Program-made: the position numbers and the translations under genes
Part shown: positions 14,107 through 29,119 of the stretch, one piece after another
How positions within the stretch are numbered: the first letter of the stretch is position 1
Layout of the letters: the number at the start of each line of letters is the position of its first letter
NCBI RefSeq assembly: GCF_009914755.1
Contig: NC_060935.1
From: the human T2T-CHM13v2.0 reference genome, Homo sapiens
Direction: 5' to 3' (one strand)
DNA length: 64,000 bases
The notes under the pieces: model-generated
What the model was told of the DNA's origin: nothing
Database searches by the model: none
The model's input: only the letters and a program-made list of their open reading frames with translations

Positions 14107-17100
14107 TCCAGGTGTTGTGGTGCTGAGAAATGTGCCCAGGTAGCTAAATGGTACTCTTCCAGAATGGCCTAGCTATGGTCCTGAGGTCAAATGGGCCTTT
14201 TACAGACATGGAACTGGTTCAGGTTTGAGGCACGGCACTGACTGCCCTGTGGCAGCTGCATTAGGAACCTCCTACACCCTTCCTGTAGGACTCAACTCCA
14301 AATGTAAGGAATTCGTTAAGGCTCCTTAAATCTTTGCTCTAACTGAGGAGACTATTAAAAAAGAAACCGATGAAGTTAATGAATTTCTCTCGTAGTTATC
14401 TGGAGTCTGGCTGCTTGGCCTTTGGATCATCTCCTCCTGGCTGGCAGGAGTCTCAAACAAATTCATGGCTGCTATTCTCACTCAGCCTCACTGTCTGAAC
14501 GGGCACAGATATGGTAATACCACTCTTTCTCCTTTGCACCTAATCAATATTTTGCCTTTAAATCAAGCAATGAGGTGTGGCACCTTTATTCTTTCTCATG
14601 GAGGTTTTCACCTTCTCAGAAGATAACCAATGGTTTCTGTCCAACCTATAGACTTTATGGTTAAACACAACTTGCCATTTAACTTTTAACACTAAAAGGA
14701 CAATGTGGGTGTGATGAGACAATTGTGGCTGGGATCACTTAATCTGTTTAGTTTTCCTTCTCCAAAGGTCAGATGGTGTGAGCAGAGCACACCCAGAGTT
14801 AAGGAGGGATGAGGGTTAACCTCAATGGGTGCATGAGGGGAGCACCTTGGTTTTGAGCCTGTGGTAGCTCTACATGGGCCTCACAACAAAGTCTCCCCTG
14901 AAACTACAATGATTTATAATTGTAGGGAATGGGGCAAAAGGGCCAGAGAAAGTAGCCTTACGAGGAGAATAATAAGACTTTAGTAATCAGATGCTTAAGT
15001 TGCTGTGCTGCGTTTTTTAAATGGGGGTCTGAAACAAAAGAATAAAAGACCTCTTTCCTAGAAATGTTCCAGACCAGAAAGTAACAAAACAAGCCTCTGT
15101 CACAAATTTACCTTTTATCATTTGTTGCTGTACAGGGATTAACAGGCAAATATTATCTATTTGCTTCTTAGTATAGGAACTTCCTTTGGGGACAAAACCC
15201 TCAAGACGCCAATATGATAGATGAACCCAGCTTAGGTGAGACAAGGTCACAGAGGGATTGGAGAGAAGTAATGAAATGTTGAGACCCCCGGGTTGTTGCT
15301 AGCCACTTCCCAACTTCTGCAGTGGCAAGAGTCATGGGGGCATCAATCTGTCCTCCAGCTATGGCACTCCCTCATGCTCGAGTCCTTAAACAGTGCCGAA
15401 AGGGCAGTTCTCAAGTGCACATCTCTTCCCATGTTTGGGTATTAGGCTAAATCCTGCTTTGTGGCAGGAAGCCAGAAAATGCCGCACAAAGATCAGCAGC
15501 CTCCTGGATCCTGATAAGCACTTGCTTGCTTAGCACACTCTAGTGCGGTGTGGGAAGGAGGGAGATGAGGGCATGGAGGGTGCAGAATGGGAGGTTAATC
15601 ACTGATCCATAGGCTGAGAGGTCATCTGGTCCAATCATCCTGATTTCACACATGCCTGAAACCAATGGACACTTGAACAATGAGAATCTGGCCCATTTTG
15701 AAAAGCACCCAGAGATGTAGTGTCTACCCCTTTCCCGGGCCAAAGCTGAACAGCTCTCAGTCCACCTCACTGAAGGGAAACACCTCTCACAATTAGCCCT
15801 ACAGATGAGAGACTATCTGGACAAGTTTCTCAGTACTGACAGATGGTTACGTAGCTCTGCTAATCCCAAACCATTTACGGTTTTGGTCATCAGTCTTTCT
15901 AACCCAGAGACTGGGTGAGTTGTGAGTCCCCTTTTAGATTTCCACGGGGACTGGCTCTGTAAACCCAAAGGTCATCAGTACTGACAAAGACAGTATAAGA
16001 GATGGCTCTGGTCTTCATGTACAGACACCCTAAAAACATCTCAAGTAAAGGTTTCTTTAATACTAGTCATGTGCCCTGAAGCTCCCCATGGGATGTTCAG
16101 AACAAAGCTTGGGTGGCCTGCTGAACACCCACCCTGTCCCCCACTCTTCTCTCTGACACAAGAGACATGCCGTGCAGCTACACCACCAAATTCTATTACA
16201 CCGGACGTATTATCAGAACAGGGGACCCTCTGTGGGGCTGAATACAAAACCCAGCTGCTGATTCATGATTGACGAGTCCTGGTTTCACCTGTCTCCACTG
16301 CAGCTCTTCCCTGGTATATGACGAATGCTGACAGCAACCCCTCTTCCCAAAGTAGATTGTTCTCATTTCTGTCTAACATCTATGAAGGGAAATAGAATCA
16401 ATATGCTAGAAAGAAGAAATTTCTTAGAGTTAGTGCAGTCTCAGCATGTTAATAGGGAATGAGTCTGGTTGCCAAGATCTTTGTGGTTCTAAGAGAGTAG
16501 AAGACAATGATTGCTCCACTTCTGGTGTCCAAGACAATCTCTTGTACCGCTTGCCTCTCTACCCCTCAAACTCTAATAGGAAGTGAGAGCAAAAGAAAAC
16601 AGTTCTCAGATCAAAACTAAAAGTGTCTTGTTTCTTGTTCAAAGATAGACAGGAAAAGAATGAGAGGGAGCCAGGAGGTCAGCGGGAAACCTTCTTCTCC
16701 ATCCTTTTAAAATGAAGAGGAAAAAGGTATTGCAGCCCTCAACAAGATGGTCGTATTTTTTTTCCCCTACTGCATGCCAATAAAACTCAGACGAGTAGTT
16801 CAAGCAGCAAACGGCACTGTTCAGATCAGCCCGGATAAGAAGCTAAAAGAAAAACTTTATGGTTATTTTGTTTACATTTGGGAATCTCATCATCTGTAAA
16901 GCTAAAACCTCGCAGTGGTGGCCAGAGGTCAAGTGCAGTTGGCAGATCTTCTTTAAGACAATGGAAGCTGGCTGGAGGAAGCGGACAACTGGAAACTGAG
17001 GCTAGAAGAGCTGTGGAAAAAGGTGCAAGGTGCAAAGCAAGGGGGCTTTGAGGAAGAAAGGAACTGTGAGGAGGAAAGATGCCTTCTGGGTAATGATGGG

Positions 17101-17365
17101 AATTAAGGAAGGCTTAAGGTTTTAGTGAGGGTTACTAGAAGAGAATCAACTGAGAAGAGGGAAAAATCAATAGAAAGCAGATGCTAAGAGACAGCTGACC
17201 TTTCCATTGGAAATGGATGGCTACATATCTTGTCACAGGCTGAGAAATGCACATATCCTAGAGTGGCAGTGGGAGAAATACCTTGGCCATCTTTTCTTCT
17301 TTTCCAGCTGTTGATCTGCTTAGATCAATGAATTATTGAGTTTCTTCGACCCTAGGAAAGCCTGA

Positions 17366-17653
<288 letters not shown>

Positions 17654-17864
17654 TAGTAGAGACGGGGTTTCACCGTATTAGCCAGGATGGTCTTGATCTC
17701 CTGACCTTGTGATCTGCCTGCCTCGGCCTCCCAAAGTGCTGGGATTACAGGCGTGAGCCACCGTGCCCGGCCAATTTTTATTATTTTTAAATTTTTACTG
17801 TTCTGACAGAGCAGGACTAACTCACAGGCAGTGCACCCATTTTTTTTTTTTTTTTTTTTTTTGA

Positions 17865-18023
<159 letters not shown>

Positions 18024-19070
18024 TAGTAGAGATGGGGTATCTCCAAGTTGGCCAGGCTGGTCTCGAACTCCTAATCTCAGGTGATCCACCCGCCTCAGCC
18101 TCCCAAAGTGTTGGGATTACAGGCATGAGCCACCGTGCCCAGCCAGTGCACCCAATTTTTAAAGTGATTATTTAAAAACCCAAATCACAGCTTTGTTTGG
18201 AAATTTTTAAAAAATCAAAATAACAAGTCACCTAACTCTCCCCCTTTGAAGCAGGAACAAATCCCTAGATTGCACATATCCAAACCAAAGCTCTCTCCCA
18301 GCAGAAAAAAAGGGCAAACAGCAAACAGCCTTTTTTTTTTTTTAATTTGTTCAAATTTGTTGCCCTTTGTTACTATTGACAATGTGCTGCCTTCAAGGCA
18401 TTTCTAGGCAACCTCCTATGATTTGCTGATTCCTACAAACTTTGTCTTATTCATTTGTTCCTGAAGGAGACCCCAAAGACAGTCAGAGGACAAGCTTTTT
18501 ATTTTTCAATTGGCCCGCTGCTTTCCAAAGGCCACTCCTGGCCATTAGGATCAAAGCACAGAGATTACTTCAGCTGAGGAATCTACTTCTGTGCTAAAAG
18601 AAATACTGAGGCACTCACGGCTTCTGGAATTCCCAGAAATTATACTCGCTGGGCGTGATGGCTCCTGCCTGTAGTCCCAGCACTTTGGGTGGCCGAGATA
18701 GGAAGATCACCTGGCACCAGGAGTTCAAGACCAACCTAGCTGACATAGCAGGATCTGTGTGTCTCCAAATAAACAGCCAGGCATGGTGGCACATAACTCT
18801 AATCCTAGCTACTTGGGAGGCTGAGGTGGGAGGATTGCTTGAGCCCAGTTATTAAAATTTACAGTGGGCTATGATAGTGCCACTGTACTCCACCGTGGGT
18901 GAGATCCTGTGTCTTAAAAAAAATTTTAAACAAATAGGCCAGGTGTAGTGGCTCATGCCTGTAATCCCAGCACTTTGGGAGGCCGAGGTGGGTGAATCAC
19001 GAGGTCAGGAGTTCAAGACCAGCCTGACCAAGATGGTGAAACCCCATCTCTACTAAAAATACAAAAATTA

Positions 19071-19208
<138 letters not shown>

Positions 19209-19390
19209 CTATCTCAAAAAATAAATAAATAGAAAGAAAGCAATTACTCTGGTTTCCACATCTCTGGGCACAGAGCACAACACAAGTTCTTGAACTTCTG
19301 TGTCTTTCTACATCTCAAAGGAAATGGTCTAATGAGTTCTAGAGATTCACCTTGGATAAGACAATGCTTCTGTATCTTTTGCTTGATCCA

Positions 19391-19392
<2 letters not shown>

Positions 19393-19432
<40 letters not shown>
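19393..19432. repeat. (TG)20 microsatellite
   Basis: Direct count. Confidence 0.97.
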
Positions 19433-19437
<5 letters not shown>

Positions 19438-19775
19438 AGTAGTATTTCTCTGTTCAGGACAGGGATTATATTAAATACTTTCAGTTTTTACAAATATATG
19501 AATTGATTTTCCAATTCTTGAAAAAAAGGATGTTTTGCCTTTCACTTTTTAAACTATCTACTGGGAACCTCTCATCATGTCTCAGTGCTGGAACTAGAAC
19601 CTGGAGAAACTCACTGATATCGGTTAGAACTGTGGAAATGAGGCTGGGCGCGGTAGCTCACGCCTGTAATCCCAGCACTTTGGGAGGCTGAGGCAGGTGG
19701 ATCACGAGGTCAGGAGTTCGAGACCAGCCTGACCAACATGGTGAATCCCTGTCTCTACTAAAAATACAGAAATTA

Positions 19776-19919
<144 letters not shown>

Positions 19920-21398
19920 TCAAAAACAAAAAAAAAGAAAACAGCGGGCTGGGCGTGGTGTCTCACGCCTGTAATCCCAGCACTTTGGGAGGCTGAGGTG
20001 GGCAGATCACAAGGCCAGGAGATCAAGACCATTCTGGCTAACACGGTGAAACCCCGTCTCTACTAAAAATACAAAAAAATTAGCTGGGCGTGGTGGCGGG
20101 CTCCTGTAGTCCCAGCTACTCGGGAGGCTGAGGCGAGACTCCATCTCAAAATAAAAAAAAAAAAAAAAGAAAGAAAACATTGTGGAAATGAGTAAGATGC
20201 TCCCTATTTTCAGGATTATCTCATTACTACCTTGATTCAATTAGGGCGTACTGAGTAATGGGCTGTTACAGTGATAGTGGTGGTGAGCAGGGTGCACATG
20301 CGTGGACATGCAGAGAAACCCAGGGCACATGAGATTTCAAAGTAACACACACTTAGGAAGCAAACGTTGCATGCCTCCCGCAGCTAACTAAGCACAGTGA
20401 GGGCTGGGGAGATGGCAGTGAAAAGACCAGAAGAAGCCAGGCATTGCACATGGACGCACTACAGAGGAAGGGACTAGGTCCATTTTGTTCACTGCTGCAT
20501 TCCTAGACCAATGACAGGGGCTCAATAAAGTTTTTTTGAGTGAAGAGAATAAAATGCAGCATAGACTGCACTCTACTAAGAGGCCACAGAGGAAAGACAC
20601 TGTCAGAGTTGGTGAATCTGTCATGGAAAAATTTCCTAAATGAATGGCTCTGACTGCAGTTCTAGTGTTATTTTTAATTTTTATCTTGCCCCCCTCCCTT
20701 CTCTGACAAATCACACCAGAGACACCTCTTACTTCTCCTATACTTCTTCCCCCTTTTCCTACAATGTTCTGAAGAAAAGAACTTTTTGAGGATAGATGCT
20801 TTGTGCCACATCTCAGAAGTCAACTTTAAGATAATTGCAGCGGAAGCAGCTTTTAATCAACTGACAGGCAGCTTTAAGAAAATTAATGAGGACAAAATTT
20901 TAGGAAGGAGTAAATCATTTCTGACAACAAAGCCATCTGTCTTTTATCCCAATCTCCCCTTGAAGAAATAGTACCCTTCCAGGATACAAAAATAAAATAT
21001 CATTATTTTTGGTATTTGCCACCCCCAAGTCCAGACAAGATTAAGAAAAGGCTCAGTTTCCTTAGATTTCTAGAGAATACTCTGGATTGAACTAGAATTC
21101 TAGGTCACTTTTGGAAATCAAATTTGCAGAATATAGGGAAGCACAGATGATTAGGACTATATTATAAGTTCAATTCAAGGGCAGGGAAGGAGAGAGTCAT
21201 AATGAAGTTTGTAGATTGAAGAATAAAGCTGGGACAAGTCAAAAGAGCCTATATTTGTGAAGTTATATAAATTCTGGTCAGTGCTGACAGCACTGGGCAC
21301 TCATCCTGACCCAGGATCTAAGCCACAACTATAGTTACCACTAATTTGAGAAGTCTGGATCCCAAGTTTTTTCTATGGTTCATTTTAATGAACTTGAT

Positions 21399-21419
21399 CA
21401 GCAGCAGCAGCAGCAGCAG
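21399..21419. repeat. (CAG)7 trinucleotide repeat; CUG on the transcribed strand
   Basis: Direct count. Confidence 0.95.
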
Positions 21420-21576
21420 CCATCATTAGTCTCTGTAAGGATGGATACCCAACGGTATAAAAGAAAGCAAGCAATCTAATGTTTATTTTCAGAGATAGTA
21501 AGAGACAGAGCAAGAACAAAAGCGGAAAGGATCAAGATACATTGACAGGCAAGGTCTAGATGGAATCGCCCTACAG

Positions 21577-21981
<405 letters not shown>

Positions 21982-22660
21982 TCAGGAGGCTGAGGCAGGA
22001 GAATCACTTGAACCCAGGTGGCGGAGGTTGCAGTGAGCCAAGGTTGTGCCACTGCACTCCTGCCTGGGCGACAGAGGGAGACTCCATGTCAAAAAAAAAA
22101 AAAAAAAAAAAAGTAACAAATATGCTTTCCTTCCCTGCTGCCTGGGACCTGTTTAGGGTGAGGGGGAGGCATATTGCTAGCGCACTAGAGGGAGAAGGGG
22201 TATAAAGGGATAGTCCACTACTGACCAGCAAAACTCTTAGGTCAAGAAAGGAAGAAAGAAGAAGGGGAATGGGGAGGGGAAGAAGAGGAGAGGGAGAGAG
22301 ATGGATACTTTCTTTTCAATGTGTCCTACGAACTATTGATTTGTCTGGGTAACACTCACTCAACTCTTGGCTACGGTTTTACCACATGGCCACAAAGAAA
22401 AAGCTTTCAATAAAATTGACCCTTAGGTATTGGAGGCTTTCCCTTAAAGACCACAATACTGTTCCATGGAGAAGGGGGAGCAAAACTGCATTCTATCCCA
22501 GAGCTTCCTCCTCAACCCAAGTCAAATGAAGGTGTCCTTAGTCATCCCTTCTGCCAATAAAATGACCCGAGAGAAAAGCAAACTACGCCTGGTGAGATTC
22601 AAGTTCCTAGTGCCTCTAGGATCTGCAGCGATTAGGCAATGAGGATCTTTTCCACTTCTT

Positions 22661-23466
<806 letters not shown>

Positions 23467-26144
23467 CTTTTCCACTTCTTACTAAACCACTTATGTGCCT
23501 ACAATCCCCACTTATTGGGAGGTGGGGGGGTGGTCCATGTTAATTCCAGTGTTGAAAGCACTAATCCTTATTCTTGCTTTCTAGCTCAAAATGCCCTAGC
23601 TTCGTCCTCATGTCCCTGAACCTCCCTGCCCAGTTGCAGGCTTCTGCCCCTATTCCTAAGTAACACAGCACTTACTGAGATACAAACTAAAGGAAGAATG
23701 TGGTATATGACTCTTTCTGGTTTCATTAGTAATTTTGTATTTTTGTTATTATGCTTTCACTTGGTTACAACCAAAGTTATTATACTGTGCAAGTTGCCAC
23801 TATTTTAGAAAATTAATTGCAGTTCTCTGTTACAATACTGTGCCTGGTTCCAATTAGAAAATGAAAGCCGAGAGGGAACACAGGCAGTTTAGTGTTTTGA
23901 GAATTCAGCAAAACTTCAGCTCAGCAGTCTCTAAAAGCTTAACCTAAAAACAAAACAAAAATTAACAAAAAGCCCTCTCTGGCTCAAGCAGAAGGGAATC
24001 AGACAGAAAATAAGATTCTGAGTCATAGAGAGTAGCATATCCAGTCTGGAGGAATCGCAAATGGACAGTGGGAAGGGAGAGAGAAAATATGTGCCCAGTC
24101 TTACTTTCCTGACTTACCCATCATTAAAACTGGGAGGACTAGCACGATAAACAGAGAAGGGAAAGATCAAAAGGACCCTAGATCCTAGAAATAAGGACAA
24201 AAATTAAAATGATTCAACATAAAGAAAAGACTCCAGCACATACAGCTATTCAAGGGAGAAACCTGGAAAGCAGCAACAGCCTAGAAAAGATGGGAGGTGA
24301 GGCGCAGACAGCCAAAAAAGCTGAGTTTGGTAGGAAACAGAAGACAAACACCACTGTGCCTGCAACATAATTAGCAAAGAATCAAAGCACCATGCACAAA
24401 ACCACAATGGCAAGTAGACCTGAGACTGACTCTGCCTTGCTGAGGAGGCTGAGGGCAGACACCTAAAATGAAGAAATCTTGTTTTAAAAATACTAATCCT
24501 GGGTCCCTCTGACTCCCATTCTTATTCTGATTTTAGGTCTGAAATGGATCTGTATTTTAATAAGGACCCATGTAGTTCTACTGTAAGTTGTCCAAGAACC
24601 ACAGTTTGAGAAGCACTGATCCAGAAGTCTGAAGAACTGCTTAGAGTAAGTGCATCAAGGCTAATAGCAATTAGCAATTCATTTTCAGAAGAGTTTTCAT
24701 ATGGGATTGTGTCAGAGATCATCTCTTGGGGAGAGATGTCACTTAGTGCCATCTTAAAATAAATCAATGCTCTGGAGGATGTTCTCCTGGGAATGTCTGT
24801 TGGCCCAACACATTTGCCTCTCTGAACATTACCACAGTGAATTCCAAGAGGTAACACCAGACAGAAGGGGAATTCTGGGTAGCAAAGCTCTAGGACAGGC
24901 CCATTACCCACTAAAGCATTCCTTTATGGTCAGAGCTTGACATTAGAGATGGAGACACCCACCTATACTTACCTGTGCAAAGAGGGAGATGCTGTACTGT
25001 CCCATTAAACCCTTGCTCCCTGTTCTCAGACAAAAATTCACTTCTTGCCTTAAACGGTGATACAGCACAGCTATCCAAAAAAGCTGGTGTCTTCCCTTCC
25101 ACCAATCACTGAATTCAGGGACATTTGCTGAGTGATCTGGTGCCTTTGGACGTAAGGGGCAACCAAGACCTGGAAAACCAGAAACCTTTCTGTAGCATGG
25201 GGGTTTAAAGTCAGACTGGGTGGACACTTGGTTGACCTAAACCTTGTTGAGATGCCTTGATCCTGTCTCTTGGGTGACAGGAACACTTCCCAAATGGGAA
25301 CTTTCTAGGTACTTCAGCTCCCTTTCTTAGTGCTTGGTGGCAGATGGTACCTACTGAGAATCAAAAAAGGTTCACCAGGCAGCCTGGCAGTAGTAGTAGC
25401 TCCAGTCACCAAGCATGCAGCTGCTGGCTAGCTGCCTTGAGACCCTTGGCAGGACAGCCAGGGGCTGACTGGATTACCACATCTCCTCAGCAGAGAACCA
25501 CATTCCTTGAGCTGCCAGCCCCATATGTGACAACAGATCCCATCACCTTGGCTTCTGCTTTGTAACTGTTTGTCTTCAGCCAGATGTTTCTGGCTACTAT
25601 GGAAAAGTGGAACTGTGCTAAGATGGAGAACTGGCAGGCTGTGTGCAGGAGCTGGGCAAGAGCCCTGGCTTATGAAAGAAGCTAGAGAGGTCTGTCAGAG
25701 CTACCAACATCAGATTCTGTCTCTTAATGATTTAAACGATTATTCCACAATTAGGCCGGAAGGGTTAGAAGAGCAGCTGTTGGGACTGGGATTCCAGGTG
25801 GTGAAAAGCAGAGACCAGCTTCTGCTTAAGAGAAGCAAAAGAAGAATATTTAAATGAAAACTCAACTTCCATCCTCAAATATCTAGATAAGAAAATAGAC
25901 TTGATGAACATCCCACAATGACATCTCCTATTCACCCAATGTCAAATATTTCCAGCCATATGGAATTCAAGATCAGAACTTTCTTGTCATTGTGATATCA
26001 AGAGGACAGAATGACTTGTTTTCCTTTCAGAAGCTTGGTGGGACATGATGTTATGTTACCCATCATTGGTTCTGCTAGTTACCACCTAGAAATGATAAAG
26101 AGGATGCTTTATTTTTATTTATTTATTTTTTTTTGAGATTCTCT

Positions 26145-26535
26145 TTCATTCATTCATTCACTTTCTACTAAGTGTCAGGTTCCGCATGAAGTTCTTGGAC
26201 TTCATAAAGATAAAACAGACACAGTCTCTATTCTCAAGGAGCTCACAGCCCAGGAGAAGAGAGTGACATGGAAACAAATAACTGCAGTTTGGTGTGACAA
26301 GTACTGACATGAGAATGTGTAAGAGGTACAATGATAGCACAAGGAACGAGTGATCAATTCTATTAAGATGGATGCCACAGAAAGTAAAAAGCTTGCAGGT
26401 AGCTGGAGATAGGGGACAGGAGGGCATTCCAAGTAAAGGTACCCTGGCAAGAAGGCACTTTGACAAATTCAAGAAGCTTGAAAAGTGGCTCAGTGTAGTT
26501 GGACAGAGGATATCTGTAGGAGACAGGAGGGAGAA
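26145..26535. mobile_element. L2 fragment
   Basis: cattcattcattca...taagtgtcagg...cagacacagtctctattctcaaggagctcacag. Confidence 0.6.
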
Positions 26536-27555
26536 GAGGCTGGAGAGGAAAGGACCACACCAGGCCACCCACTTTCTATCACTTTGTATATAATGGGTGC
26601 TATCTCTAGTTTTTTTATTTAAAACAAATGCTTCCCATTCCAGATATTCAACAGCCATCTACATGCACAGCACTAAATGAGGGACCTGAGGGATATCCCT
26701 CTAAGGAGCTTACACTGAACCGAATTGGGTGGATTAAACACATACGCTACACAGCTAAAGAAGACAAAAAATGGACCAACAAGTACATCCAACTATAAAT
26801 GGTACAGATTGCACAAAGTACTAAGGAAATTCACAGGTTCTTGGATTCTGACAAAGCTTGAATACTATCTAATTAGAGAACTGTTCAAATGCTTGAATCC
26901 CCTTGACAAAACCCTGGCTAAATGAGCACCTATGGGACGTGGGACGTTCACTCAGGCACATTAGTCTGGCTGAGGCCAAAAGGCCACGAACCACAGGATG
27001 CCCAGAAGGCTTTTATGGCAATATAAGAGAGACGTGCCTTAGACAAGACAGGGTCCTAGACAGGACCTTTTCTCCACTGGTGAAATGAATGGGATGATTA
27101 AGAATACAGCAACTGCCTAAAGTCTTCATCTTCCATCATAATTATAACCCACAGAAAAAAAACATTTCATGGCATACTATTACTTTTTACAGCTTGTTCC
27201 CTCACACACACACACAAAAAGCTTTAAAAATAAGCATTTCATTGGGTCCTTTATGCATCTCCAGATTAAAAGTTTCACGTAGAAGTAAGGAAGTATTCAG
27301 TTTATCTGAAGATACTTGCAGGCCTCTGGGGAATGCAGCACATATTCTAGGGTGTGAGGAAAGGCCTTTGATAGTCCAGAGCTTCCACAAATGAAGCCTG
27401 CTGGTCATGGATGGGCTTGACTACAGCCCTTCCTTACTCCTTATGACTGTGTGATAGCTCTGGTCCTGGCTGGGAGGTCACACCACTGTCCCCTCATTAC
27501 CCTTCCAAGCCTAGGGGAGCTGCCATACAGTGAAGGCACAAGCAATGGCACTCAC

Positions 27556-27710
27556 CCTCATGGAGGTCTCTCCACCATGGGCCTGTTGCAGCCTGAAGAC
27601 CTGGGCCACCATGTGCTCTGTGGAGGGGTGCAGCAGGATCCTTCGTGAGGCCAAGCCCACCATTACATATCTGCCCATTGGGGACAGGCTCACCGAAATG
27701 GCATTGGGAC
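27556..27710 (-). CDS. AMBRA1: AMBRA1 coding exon (155 nt, phase 1-0): (G)[51 protein letters not shown]
   Basis: Acceptor ggccctcag|GT and donor AGG|gtgagt. Matches ORF track 27511..27813. Confidence 0.97.
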
Positions 27711-28054
27711 CTGAGGGCCAACAAAACAGAGAAATATTTCCTAGGCTTCTGGCCATTCCAAGGAAACAACTTTCACTCTTACTCTTGTCTTTTTCTCTAA
27801 TCTTCATATTCACTTGCTCATCCTGGTGTTATCTCATAGGACTGTAGTGAGGAGTATGATGAGAAGGCATATACATACTGAGTGTAGTGTTTGACATATA
27901 GAAAGCACATAATAAGGCTGAACGCGGTGGCTCATGCCTGTAATCCCAGCACTTTGGGAGGCCGAGGTCGGGGGATCACCTGAGGTAGGGAGTTTGAGAC
28001 CAGCCTGACCAACATGGAGAAACCCCATCTCTACTAAAAATACAAAGTTAGTCA

Positions 28055-28195
<141 letters not shown>

Positions 28196-28930
28196 TCAAA
28201 AAAAAAAAAAAAAAAAAAAGAAAGAAAGTACTTAATAAATGCTAACCGTTGTTATCAACATTTTAAAAAATTGTTAACATCCTGTAATTACTATTTTGAA
28301 ACCCACCTTTTTCATTTAATACATTATGAACACTGTTCTGTAAGAGCATTTTAAGGGCCAATGGAGCAGTTCTATCACTGCACCATCATTTGTTTAGTCA
28401 ACTCTTAAAAAAAAAACAAAAAACACTTAAATTCAACTCAAGGTGACACCAACAAAACACCCACCCCACCCTCCCGCAAAACAAACAAACAAACAAACAA
28501 AAAAGTCTCAAGGCAACAATTTGGCATTTTTCTGTATGGTAACACTGCTGTGAACACCCTTGTATGTAAATCTTTGTATAGTTTTCTGATTATTTCCTTA
28601 AAAGCTGGATTGCCAAAGAGCTGACACATTTTGGGAGGTTTTAAATACACAATGCCAAACTGTCTTGCAGTGCATGTGTGTGCTACAACCACCTCCTCCC
28701 TTATTCCTGACCGTCGTAACAGGGGCATGCGGTAGGACTCTAATGCTCAGATGCTTCTGCAATGTTACTAGCCAGCACTCCTGCAAAGCAATCTTTCTCT
28801 GGCCTGTGCCCCAGTGAAGGTAGGGGCAGTATGTGACCATTACTCCCACCCAAGCTGTGCCTCACCTAGCAATGACCATGCCAAGGCACCAGCGTCCCTC
28901 TGTCATTAGGTTGGGCTTCCTATCCCTTAC

Positions 28931-29119
28931 CAAATCGCTTGGTGTAGAGCATTTCGCCCAGGTTATGGGGGGCCAGGGAGTACACTGCCAGGATGCCTTC
29001 ATCAGGAAAGCCCCTCTGGCTGCTGGGGATGAAAGCTGCCAGGAGCTGGCCATCTGCAGAAATGTCACAGCTGGCATCATTGTAGATCTTGCAGTTCTGC
29101 ACCAGCACATTCACGGAAG
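28931..29119 (-). CDS. AMBRA1: AMBRA1 coding exon (189 nt, phase 1-1): (A)[62 protein letters not shown]; C-terminal WD40 part
   Basis: Acceptor tttctttgtctgatgcag|CT and donor TTTG|gtaagg. Matches ORF track 28920..29189. Confidence 0.97.

Noticed and set aside
21279-21295. Palindrome cagtgctg-a-cagcactg resembling a MARE
   Set aside because: The spacing does not fit TGCTGA(C/G)TCAGCA, and 8-bp arms are expected by chance in 64 kb.
21399-21419. (CAG)7 as a polyglutamine or disease repeat
   Set aside because: Intronic and short, with no evidence of coding or instability from sequence alone.
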